Below, one piece after another: positions 37,334-45,739 of a DNA stretch of 64,000 nt. The notes under the pieces are model-generated. The model was not told the DNA's origin. It worked only from the letters and a program-made list of their open reading frames with translations, and ran no database searches. This DNA is from Candidatus Hermodarchaeota archaeon (GTDB lineage Archaea; Asgardarchaeota; Lokiarchaeia; Sigyniarchaeales; SOKP01): positions 32,001-96,000 of the forward strand of contig JBHLLP010000006.1 in the NCBI GenBank assembly GCA_048885525.1, in the 5' to 3' direction. The translations under genes were made by a program, and so were the position numbers. Each line of letters opens with the position of its first letter. Position 1 is the stretch's first letter.

Positions 37334-39123
37334 TCTTCTAATTCTTCATTAGATGGAGGTTCTTCAACTTGGGGTGGACTGTAATCCCCGATATCCTTAA
37401 AGATTATCTTTGCGATATCCCAACCTTCTTTTGTCGGATATTTTAATGCATTCGCAATTAAACTTTCTCCAATTTCATTATTTACCTCCACTTTAAAAAT
37501 CTCTGGTGTATTGCTTAACATTGATTCAAACTTTGCACCACTAGAACCACTAGGAACTATTAAAATTCCAAAATCAATTGCTTTTACACTAATAGCATCT
37601 TTTAATCGTTTGGCGGCATAATAGCCAGCTACTCCTGCACTTCTATCAAATGTTTTAATCGATGGGATTTCTAGACCATATTTTTTACCTTCTGCTTCGA
37701 TTAAAGCAGCTAAAGTTTGACCTCTCTTTCCAAGCATATATTTAAATTCCATCTGGGTCTTAAATTTTTTTCCTTTTTCTTCTCCCACCATATTTATATA
37801 CTTTAAAGTAGCTCCTGCTACGGATTGAGGATTAACGTCAATAGAATATTCTTCTTCTGCTAAAATATCTTCAATTGTCTTCTTAATGACTTCACGTGGC
37901 TTGGAAAAATCAATTACTTCTTCCTCTTCAATTTCAACTTTTGGTTTCGCGGTAGCAACTATCTCTGCTCCAACTTCCAACAATTCATCAACCGTCATTT
38001 CTTCCATAACCACCTTATCTATAAACCTTCTGCAAAGTTTAATAGAGTTCCTCGGATTCCCTTGTGTTTTCTCAAATATCATTTCAATTAATTTTTCATT
38101 CAATGGAAATAATGGATATAAAGGGGGATTTAAATTATTATCTTCCCAGAACGCTTCCATAGATTTTGAGAAATATATTTTTAAGTCATTAAGGCTGAAT
38201 GGTTTTAATTCTTGTTCTGGTTCCATTCTTGATCTGAGCGGGGCATCTGCAATTTCAATGATTCTAGGCCATATTTCTTTTAAAACTGCAATTGTTATAA
38301 CTAAACCTTTAACTTCATTATACAATCTCTTCAGAATCTCTAAAAATTTTCTTTCAGCAGCTTCTCCTAACATACGGTAGGGAGATTCAAGTTCATCAAA
38401 ATAAAGGATAAGAACTTTATCTAAATTCTCTGTTATAATTTTAATCATTGCAAGGCAGACATCATCTTCTTCTACAACAGAGTTTATTCCTAATTCGTTT
38501 AGCTCCTCATCTTCTAGATCCTCACCAAGAAGCCACCTTTCTGCAAGTGCTTTTTTACTCTTGTCTAATTGATAAGTTACTAATGCTTTAACACAATCAG
38601 CAAATACTCCAGGGAATTCTCTTATTCCCTGTTGAATAACCTCATCGATTTTTGGTTTTTGGAAAATCCCCTTTTTCATTCCACCCCATTTTCTCATTAA
38701 TTTTTCAGAAACAATATCAAGTAATTCTGCACCAAGTTCCTCGATTATACAGGTGTACACATGGAGTAATACACGAATACTTGCTGGAGGACTTGGAACA
38801 TAGACGATTGTCCAATCTGCGGATGTAGCAAATTTACTAGCATCAACTTCCTCTGCTTCATCAACTCCTTCTAATTTTTTTCTATTTTCTCGTTCTTTGT
38901 CTTTAAAAGAATGATAGGCATGAGTTTTACCAGTACCAGCTGATCCTAAGATTGGAATTAATCGAGACGATCTATCTCGATATGTTTGTTGTACAAGCCT
39001 ATAAACTTCTCGATCTATATAACTTCGGGGTCTAGCAATATCAACTTTGTCGGGAATATCACCACGCGAGACAAAGTTTGAAAATGGCATTATTGGGGCC
39101 TCACGTAAGACGTCAAGATACAT
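37330..39123 (-). CDS. AAA+ ATPase, BrxD/DUF2791-like; possible ATT start at 39156
   Basis: Walker A GSAGTGKT, AERWLLGE, Walker B ILYFDELE, Arg finger LRSRM, sensor-2 GNPRNSIK. Confidence 0.8.
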   Translation of the reverse strand: MYLDVLREAPIMPFSNFVSRGDIPDKVDIARPRSYIDREVYRLVQQTYRDRSSRLIPILGSAGTGKTHAYHSFKDKERENRKKLEGVDEAEEVDASKFATSADWTIVYVPSPPASIRVLLHVYTCIIEELGAELLDIVSEKLMRKWGGMKKGIFQKPKIDEVIQQGIREFPGVFADCVKALVTYQLDKSKKALAERWLLGEDLEDEELNELGINSVVEEDDVCLAMIKIITENLDKVLILYFDELESPYRMLGEAAERKFLEILKRLYNEVKGLVITIAVLKEIWPRIIEIADAPLRSRMEPEQELKPFSLNDLKIYFSKSMEAFWEDNNLNPPLYPLFPLNEKLIEMIFEKTQGNPRNSIKLCRRFIDKVVMEEMTVDELLEVGAEIVATAKPKVEIEEEEVIDFSKPREVIKKTIEDILAEEEYSIDVNPQSVAGATLKYINMVGEEKGKKFKTQMEFKYMLGKRGQTLAALIEAEGKKYGLEIPSIKTFDRSAGVAGYYAAKRLKDAISVKAIDFGILIVPSGSSGAKFESMLSNTPEIFKVEVNNEIGESLIANALKYPTKEGWDIAKIIFKDIGDYSPPQVEEPPSNEELED

Positions 39124-39346
39124 TTCCTTGTCGTCATCGCTTAGTTCAGAATAAATTTTAATCTCCTCTCGAGTTTTTAATTTTTCATAACTAAGTTTTT
39201 ATGTAGAATAAATTTATTAATCCAAATATTTTTTTCTAGAATATAAGCTAGTTAGTTTTTAGCTATTATAATATTTAATTAATAATTTTGCCTATTAAAT
39301 TTAATTGATATTTAAAGATTCATATAAATAATAGAGGATAACAACT

Positions 39347-40018
39347 ATGCCTAAAAAAAATAGAGATGAAGATGAGAATGAAGATGAGGATGAAGAAAAA
39401 AGTGAACCGTTTGATTTCTATAAATTCTTTGAGGAACAAAACAAAATTTTCTCTGATCCTGGTAAATTTATAATGGATCCAACAAGATTATTTAAATCTA
39501 AAGATTTTCAACGACTATTTAAAGATATTTTTGAAAGAATTGCAAATAATTTACCTGCGGAGTTTCAGAATCTTTCACCAGAAGAAATTATGAAAGAGTT
39601 TACAAAACATAAAGGTAAGTTTGGTTTTCCAATAATGTATGGATTCAATATTAATATTGGTCCTGATGGTAAACCAACTATAGATTCTTTCGGTAATCTT
39701 AGGACAAAACCATATTCTGGAGAACCAGAAGTTAAAAAAGTCAGAGAACCATTGACAGAAGTGAATGAAGAAGGTGATCAGATAATAGTTATTTGTGAAA
39801 TGCCTGGTGTAACGAGAGATGAGATTGAATTAAAGGCAACTACTCGTTCATTAACAATATCTACGAAATCAAGAGATAAGGGTAGGAATTATTATAAAGA
39901 AATCGAATTACCTTCAGCAATCAACTCAGATTATGCCAGAGCTAGATATACTAATGGAATCTTAGAAGTAAAATTAAAAAAAATCGATGAAAAACAAACA
40001 GATATTAAAATCGATTAG
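39347..40018 (+). CDS. hsp20: Archaeal small heat-shock protein Hsp20
   Basis: YGFNINIGPDGKP..FGN, REPLTEV, EMPGV, YYKEIELP, YTNGILEV. Confidence 0.95.
   Translation: MPKKNRDEDENEDEDEEKSEPFDFYKFFEEQNKIFSDPGKFIMDPTRLFKSKDFQRLFKDIFERIANNLPAEFQNLSPEEIMKEFTKHKGKFGFPIMYGFNINIGPDGKPTIDSFGNLRTKPYSGEPEVKKVREPLTEVNEEGDQIIVICEMPGVTRDEIELKATTRSLTISTKSRDKGRNYYKEIELPSAINSDYARARYTNGILEVKLKKIDEKQTDIKID
39365..39394 (+). repeat. Short in-frame hexamer repeat encoding an acidic tract
   Basis: GATGAA GATGAG AATGAA GATGAG GATGAA = DEDENEDEDE. Confidence 0.6.
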
Positions 40019-40137
40019 CACTCTTTTTCATATTTTTTACTAGTAATTTTTGATTTTTATTGGTAATTTTGGTACAAACCTTTATTAATCTCTTTAACTC
40101 ATAAAATTTTAATCAATTTTAAATTGGTTAAAAAAAA

Positions 40138-41163
40138 ATGTCTGAAAAAAAAGAATATTTATCAAAAAAAGCTCTATTGATTATTGGAATTACAACTGTA
40201 GTAATAGTAATAGTTGGTTTGATTTCTTTAATCCCTGAAGTTAATCTAGCTTTTTATTCTGATAGTTCTACAGTCCGAACAATATTCAATGCTATTACAT
40301 ATCTAGGAGAACCCATTGTATTTATGGTAATAATAGCGATATTATATCTAGCATACAACAAAAGCTATGCTAAAAATTTAGCTCTAAGCTTGCTTTTTTC
40401 ATATTACTTGAGTGGTATTTTCAAAGAAGTTTTTCAAGATGGTAGACCATCTTGGAATGCAGATGTAACAGAAGAACTAGGTGTTATTGAATCTTCTTAT
40501 GGTTTGCCCTCTGGACATACTCAATCTGCTGTAAGTTTTTGGGGTTATCTTTCTTATAAATTTAAAGATAGAAAAAAGTTTAATGAAATCCCAATCATTC
40601 CAATTATACTTTCTGTTATAATCTTTCTTGTCGCAATTTCAAGGATAATAATCGGTGTACATGATCTACAAGATATAATTGCTGCATTATTGTTTGGCTT
40701 AGCTTTTTTATTAGCATACATCTATTTAGAGCCAATCATTTCTCCTATGTTCAATAAACTCAATTTTGTAATAAAACTGGTGATAACGGTAGTTGTGGCT
40801 CTTGCATTGTTCCTAATTGGTACATTTACATGGCCTAGGGCATACGTAGAATTAGCAACTCAAAACTTTCCTCCCGACTATCCAGATGCAGGAGCTTTTG
40901 GCCTCGTTGGAGGAGTGTTATTAGGTTTTGGAATTGGATATTTAATTGAACAGGAATATGTAAAATACGACCCATCTACGCTGAGTAATAAAAATAAGAT
41001 AATAAATATAATAATAGGTATTATAGTCTTATTTGTTGCATTCCTACCATTTGAATACCTCTTAGAAATTGATAGTGTTTTTTATCGATTTTTCCGCTAT
41101 GCTCTTGTATCTTTCTTATTATCTTACCTAGTTCCTTTAATTTGCACAAAAATCAATAAATAA
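40138..41163 (+). CDS. PAP2-family membrane phosphatase
   Basis: KEVFQDGRP, PSGH, SRIIIGVHDLQD. Confidence 0.93.
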   Translation: MSEKKEYLSKKALLIIGITTVVIVIVGLISLIPEVNLAFYSDSSTVRTIFNAITYLGEPIVFMVIIAILYLAYNKSYAKNLALSLLFSYYLSGIFKEVFQDGRPSWNADVTEELGVIESSYGLPSGHTQSAVSFWGYLSYKFKDRKKFNEIPIIPIILSVIIFLVAISRIIIGVHDLQDIIAALLFGLAFLLAYIYLEPIISPMFNKLNFVIKLVITVVVALALFLIGTFTWPRAYVELATQNFPPDYPDAGAFGLVGGVLLGFGIGYLIEQEYVKYDPSTLSNKNKIINIIIGIIVLFVAFLPFEYLLEIDSVFYRFFRYALVSFLLSYLVPLICTKINK

Positions 41164-41213
41164 TTCTAATTTTTTTTTTAATTTATTATAAATTGAATAC
41201 TATAAATCAAAAT

Positions 41214-41372
41214 CTACATAGATAAATTTACCCCTCTCCTTGCGACTTCTTTTAAAAGGATACGATTTACTAACTCTTTGTCGTGTTGGGTAACCTCATT
41301 ATGAGGAGTTATTATCTCGTTAATATAAATATCATCCCGTTGAGGATGAGGTAGAACTTGTTCAAGGTGCAT
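41214..41372 (-). CDS. Small hypothetical protein (52 aa from ATG 41372; track extends to 41459)
   Basis: MHLEQVLPHPQRDDIYINEIITPHNEVTQHDKELVNRILLKEVARRGVNLSM; protein-like composition, higher GC than flanks. Confidence 0.5.
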   Translation of the reverse strand: MHLEQVLPHPQRDDIYINEIITPHNEVTQHDKELVNRILLKEVARRGVNLSM

Positions 41373-41455
41373 CTTAATTATGTGAAAAAAAAGTGATTTA
41401 TAAAATTTCCTATTTCCAAAATGAAAAAAAGGAAAAATCAAACCTATTTTTAAAA

Positions 41456-42412
41456 TCAATTAATTTTAAATTTTTGAATAGAAATTTTGATTTGTTGTAC
41501 AAAATCTTGATTAATTTCATAATTTTTAGTGAAGATGTTATCAAATTTAAATCCAGCTCTATTTCTATGTCCGCCACCTTTAAATTTTCTAGCAAATTCT
41601 CTGCAATTAACATAATCGCTATGGATAATGATTTCATTATATCGAATGTCAATCCCTAGATAAACTTTTATCTCTGAAAATTGACTTTTTAATATTGATA
41701 CAATCTTTCCTCCTCCAAGTTTAGCAAAAGATATCAATATCTTACCAAAATCATCAATATCTATAACTATTATGTGATCTAAGGCAAATTGGGTTTGTTC
41801 TTTCTCCCATTCTTTAATTTTTACTAATTGCTCATCGAACCAATTATCATCAAGCTTTCCAATAGACAATAAATCAACTATTTTTCTCTTAATCTCATCT
41901 GATTCAGATTCCCTATTGAATGCTATAATTGATTGAAGATTAGAAGCAGTTAAGTAGATTTTTGTATGGAAATCAATATCTCTAGAAAATTTTGCTATTA
42001 TATTCGCAATAGAATCGTTTGGTAAATAATAATCTTTAACAATTTCGGCACTACATCTATTGGGATCATTTAGATAAACCTCAAGTAATTTTTCTAAATC
42101 ATCCTTGTAATTTTCATCAATTAAATGATGATCAAACCAAAGTATTTTAATAGATTTTAATTTGGATTGTTCAAAAAGAGAAAATAGTGTTTTAAAATCG
42201 TCATTAAATCCAATATCTGATATAATCAATTGATCTGGGAGCTGCTCCGCATTCAAGATTTCTCGTATTTTTCCTATAAAATTAGAATAATGAGCATAAT
42301 GAAGAATAATTTTCCTCTTATTTATGTTAAGACTATGATCGAAATATCTTTTAATTATCGCTTGAGAACCCAGTCCATCAAGATCTAACTCATGAGTAAT
42401 AGAAACGATCAT
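41456..42412 (-). CDS. DHH/DHHA1 phosphoesterase
   Basis: THELDLDG, ISD, WFDHH, GGGHRNRAGF. Confidence 0.9.
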   Translation of the reverse strand: MIVSITHELDLDGLGSQAIIKRYFDHSLNINKRKIILHYAHYSNFIGKIREILNAEQLPDQLIISDIGFNDDFKTLFSLFEQSKLKSIKILWFDHHLIDENYKDDLEKLLEVYLNDPNRCSAEIVKDYYLPNDSIANIIAKFSRDIDFHTKIYLTASNLQSIIAFNRESESDEIKRKIVDLLSIGKLDDNWFDEQLVKIKEWEKEQTQFALDHIIVIDIDDFGKILISFAKLGGGKIVSILKSQFSEIKVYLGIDIRYNEIIIHSDYVNCREFARKFKGGGHRNRAGFKFDNIFTKNYEINQDFVQQIKISIQKFKIN

Positions 42413-42468
42413 TTTTTCTGACTTATGAAAATGGTAATAAATAATATTTTGTTTGAAATAAGTAATTT

Positions 42469-42921
42469 TCAGAATAACTTTAATAATGGTTTTATTTTCT
42501 CTTTTCCTTTATTATTCTTAATATATTCTAGAATTCTTTTGGATAATTCCTTTTTTTTCTGAAAATAAGTTTTCATTATATCTTCTATAGAAGTCGTAGG
42601 ATATCTTTCCAATAATGCAAGATCCCTTCTTGAACAGCCACCTTGTCGCATGCAACAATAGGAGAGGGAACCAAAACATACTAAATCAGAATCCCAATTA
42701 TTTTCTTTGGAAAATTCATCTTTGATTTGAATAAATTCTTCTGGATTAAGACCTAACTCATTTAATTTTTCATCTCTTTTACATTTAAAGCCAAATGTCA
42801 ATGAATAACCTGGTTTACAACAAAATGCTAACGCACGATAATCTCCTCCCATACATATTGGTACAGGCGCATCCTTTTCCCATCCCGGAATATCTCTAAT
42901 TCTACTTTCTTCTAACTTCAA
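42469..42921 (-). CDS. Methanogenesis marker 9 domain protein (Cys-rich, stand-alone)
   Basis: WEKDAPVPICMGGDYRALAFCCKP...CFGSLSYCC...CSRRD. Confidence 0.85.
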   Translation of the reverse strand: MKLEESRIRDIPGWEKDAPVPICMGGDYRALAFCCKPGYSLTFGFKCKRDEKLNELGLNPEEFIQIKDEFSKENNWDSDLVCFGSLSYCCMRQGGCSRRDLALLERYPTTSIEDIMKTYFQKKKELSKRILEYIKNNKGKEKIKPLLKLF

Positions 42922-42975
42922 AGTAATCTCATTAATTTTAATTTGTATAATAATTCGGCATAATTATGATAAGAG

Positions 42976-43108
42976 GGCTCGGTACGGGAATTATCCCGCA
43001 AATAATATATTTTTTTGCGTTTGAACCCGTCTTTCCCCAGTTGTAAGAAAATTCTCACACTTCTAGGGATTCACAGTCCCCAATACTAACCACTATACGA
43101 ACCGAGCC
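42976..43108 (-). tRNA. tRNA-His(GUG) with encoded G-1 and two non-canonical 30-nt introns (43033-43062 at 45/46; 42991-43020 at 58/59)
   Basis: Spliced: G-GCTCGGT TC GTATAGTGGTTAGTAT T GGGGA CTGTGAA TCCCT AG|AG ACGGG TTCAA|TT CCCGT ACCGAGC-C; both inserts are hairpins with BHB-type junctions. Confidence 0.93.
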
Positions 43109-43162
43109 AATGCTTTTTTTTTATAATAAATCTAAATGTTTGCTTATAAAAAAATTTAATTA

Positions 43163-43747
43163 TTACTTGTGGTTTTCACTCACAATAGAAATTATAAATT
43201 CTAAAAGTTGATTAATTGAATCATCGAGTTTTCCAGAATTATCGATAACTAAATCTGCTCCTGAATATAATTGATTATTTTTTGCGCGTTCTATTCTTTC
43301 TTGTAATAGTTCTGTTGTTTCCCTTCCTCGACCTTTTAATCGATCTATGGTTATCTCGAGAGGAACATAAATGAAAACTACTTTGAGATTCTTATATTTT
43401 TCTCTTGCTGGTTTGACTACTCTACGACTAACATTTAGTAAAATAGGATTTCCAGCTTTTAACCAATCTTCAATTTCTATTGGAATACCATAATATAATC
43501 CATAGATATGCCATGTTAATGCAAGCTTTCCTTTTTCTTTAAGATCTTTGAACTTTTCTTCAGTAATTGAAATGTTTTTTTCAGTTTCAGATGGTGGTCT
43601 TGTAATGAATCTTTTTGGAGCATGAATCTGTTTTAAATGAGATGGGTATTTTTTAATAACTCCGTTTATAATTGAATCTTTGCCAGAACCGGAATTTCCT
43701 ATAACAAGAAATATTGTACCAGGGAATTTATATGCTATTTTCTTCAT
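43163..43747 (-). CDS. phnN: PhnN-like ribose 1,5-bisphosphokinase (guanylate kinase-like)
   Basis: GNSGSGKDS, RFITRP, ALTWHIYGLYYGIP, NVSR, RLKGRGRE, IDNSG. Confidence 0.8.
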   Translation of the reverse strand: MKKIAYKFPGTIFLVIGNSGSGKDSIINGVIKKYPSHLKQIHAPKRFITRPPSETEKNISITEEKFKDLKEKGKLALTWHIYGLYYGIPIEIEDWLKAGNPILLNVSRRVVKPAREKYKNLKVVFIYVPLEITIDRLKGRGRETTELLQERIERAKNNQLYSGADLVIDNSGKLDDSINQLLEFIISIVSENHK

Positions 43748-43889
43748 AAATTAAAAGAATAAAATATAATATATCCTTCTAAAAAACAATTAAAATATAA
43801 AAAACCATAAAGACTTATAAGACTAATTTATGTTAACAATCTTGAAAAAAAAATCATTATTTAAAAAGATTAAATTTTAAACTTCAGAT

Positions 43890-44312
43890 ATGACAGAGAA
43901 AAGTTCTAAATCAAATTCAAAGATTTCAGATATTCCTGAAAGTTATCAAAGATATTTAGATGAAATTCATAATATATCGAAAAAAAAAAAAGGTGGATGG
44001 GTTACAAATAAAGAAATTGCTGAAAATCTTCATGTTGAGCCTGCTTCTGTGACAGGCATGTTAGAAAAATTAAAAAGTAAAGGATTAATTAAATGGGAAC
44101 CCAGAAAATCTATTAGATTAACTGAAGAAGGAAAAAGAATCGCTATACAATTAAATGAAATTCACACTCTACTTTACCAATTTTTCTCAAAAGTGTTGGA
44201 AATAGAAGATCAAGAAGTTATTGAGAATCTTTCCTGTGAAATAGAACATCACATCACTCGAGATGTCAAGAATTCATTAGAAGAATTTCTATCAAAATAT
44301 TTAGATAGGTAA
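43890..44312 (+). CDS. DtxR/MntR-family metal-dependent regulator
   Basis: YLDEI, EIAENLHVEPASVTGMLEKL, LTEEG, CEIEHHI. Confidence 0.93.
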   Translation: MTEKSSKSNSKISDIPESYQRYLDEIHNISKKKKGGWVTNKEIAENLHVEPASVTGMLEKLKSKGLIKWEPRKSIRLTEEGKRIAIQLNEIHTLLYQFFSKVLEIEDQEVIENLSCEIEHHITRDVKNSLEEFLSKYLDR

Positions 44313-44377
44313 ATTTAATTATAATCTTTAATTCAATAATCCAAATAACTTAAAACAAATCTTCTAAAGTAATTAAG

Positions 44378-45136
44378 ATGTCTGGTGAATTAAAAGAAAA
44401 AATAAATTTCGTTCATGAAATATTTGGAAATTTTTCTAACTTTATTGAATTGAGTGATTTTAGATCTTTTTTATTATTTACCTTAACCAGCCAAATTCCA
44501 ACAAATATTATGGCTCAATTAGGGCTTGGTTCTAGTAAAGAAGCTATAAATCTGCCATATAATCCTGTTTTCAAAATTTATTATCAGAAAATCAATTTAA
44601 TCGGTGCAGGCTCGTTGATAATTTACGTGAAAAATGAGCCTATCACGGATAAATTTACTCTAGAAAAAGATGATCCTGTTATAAAAAGTTTCCTAAAGCC
44701 AAATGAAATGAATCTAGCTTTCCGAGGTAAAGAAAAGTTCATATTTCCTATGATTAGTGATTGTAGTGCATTTGATAAAGATGGAAATTCTAATTTAAAT
44801 ATAAAAATCGATGATTTATTCCACTCATTAGAAAGTTTTTTAGCTGTTGCTGAACCAAATTTACTCTTTGTTGTAGATGCAACTAATGAAAAAAATCCAG
44901 ATATTCTATTTACATTTAATATGATGCCAGAAATGCCAAGTCGTATGGATCAAAAAGTTCTGAAAATCGATATTTTATTTGATCAAGATCATAAGACAAG
45001 AGATAAGACATATTTAAAACGAGAAGAAGATTATACAGTAAAATATTTGAATGATATCAAAGAAATTAGTCATGCAGATACTTATAAGTCGGCATTTTCA
45101 TTAATACTGCATATAAAATCATTTTCAAAACCTTAA
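44378..45136 (+). CDS. Hypothetical protein
   Basis: 252-aa ORF with normal composition, no recognised motif. Confidence 0.7.
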   Translation: MSGELKEKINFVHEIFGNFSNFIELSDFRSFLLFTLTSQIPTNIMAQLGLGSSKEAINLPYNPVFKIYYQKINLIGAGSLIIYVKNEPITDKFTLEKDDPVIKSFLKPNEMNLAFRGKEKFIFPMISDCSAFDKDGNSNLNIKIDDLFHSLESFLAVAEPNLLFVVDATNEKNPDILFTFNMMPEMPSRMDQKVLKIDILFDQDHKTRDKTYLKREEDYTVKYLNDIKEISHADTYKSAFSLILHIKSFSKP

Positions 45137-45254
45137 TATTCCTCAATCCATTCTTACTTTTCATTTTTTCTAAGTTTCGCATTAAAGAAATACATATTAT
45201 CAAGTTAATATCATTATTGTATTTATTAATTAACTGATAGAACAATATTCGTTA

Positions 45255-45287
45255 GCGATTAAGCGATTAATACAATTAAAGGATTAA
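45255..45287. promoter_or_regulatory. Four tandem RATTAA-containing direct repeats, candidate operator upstream of RHH gene
   Basis: GCGATTAA GCGATTAA TACAATTAA AGGATTAA, about 30 nt upstream of a TATA-like ATATATAAAG. Confidence 0.4.
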
Positions 45288-45382
45288 TATATTCAATTTA
45301 TAAAATATCCGACAAAATATATAAAGTAGAACAATCAGTCCTCAATTTATTTTTTAATATTTTGTAATAAGGGTTGTATAAA

Positions 45383-45586
45383 ATGAAGATTATTACTATA
45401 AATTTACCAGAAAAGTATTTGCAAGCGATCCAAATTTTGAATGATATGGGGGTCTACCCTTCTCGGAGTGAGGCGATAAGAATTGCTTTGCACGAATTTT
45501 TAGCAAAAGAGTTAAAAATGTATAAAGATCTTGATGATGAAAGCTTTAAAATGCTTATTAGAAGTAAATCAAACAATAAAAAATAA
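45383..45586 (+). CDS. Ribbon-helix-helix (CopG/MetJ-type) DNA-binding protein
   Basis: MKIITINLPEKYL...GVYPSRSEAIRIAL. Confidence 0.9.
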   Translation: MKIITINLPEKYLQAIQILNDMGVYPSRSEAIRIALHEFLAKELKMYKDLDDESFKMLIRSKSNNKK

Positions 45587-45739
45587 AAACCTTTTTTTTA
45601 TTTATATTCACTCTTAAAATTCCAGTTTTTAAGGGTTTAGTGAGTAAAGCAACACTCTCTAAAAAGAAGATTAATTAAAATATTAAATACAAATAGAACC
45701 TAAATTAAGTTATAGATTATTTTATTATGTATTTGATGA

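Noticed and set aside
35384-42921. Ftr and methanogenesis marker 9 as evidence of methanogenesis
   Set aside because: Both occur in non-methanogenic archaea with the H4MPT C1 pathway; no mcr or mtr genes in the window
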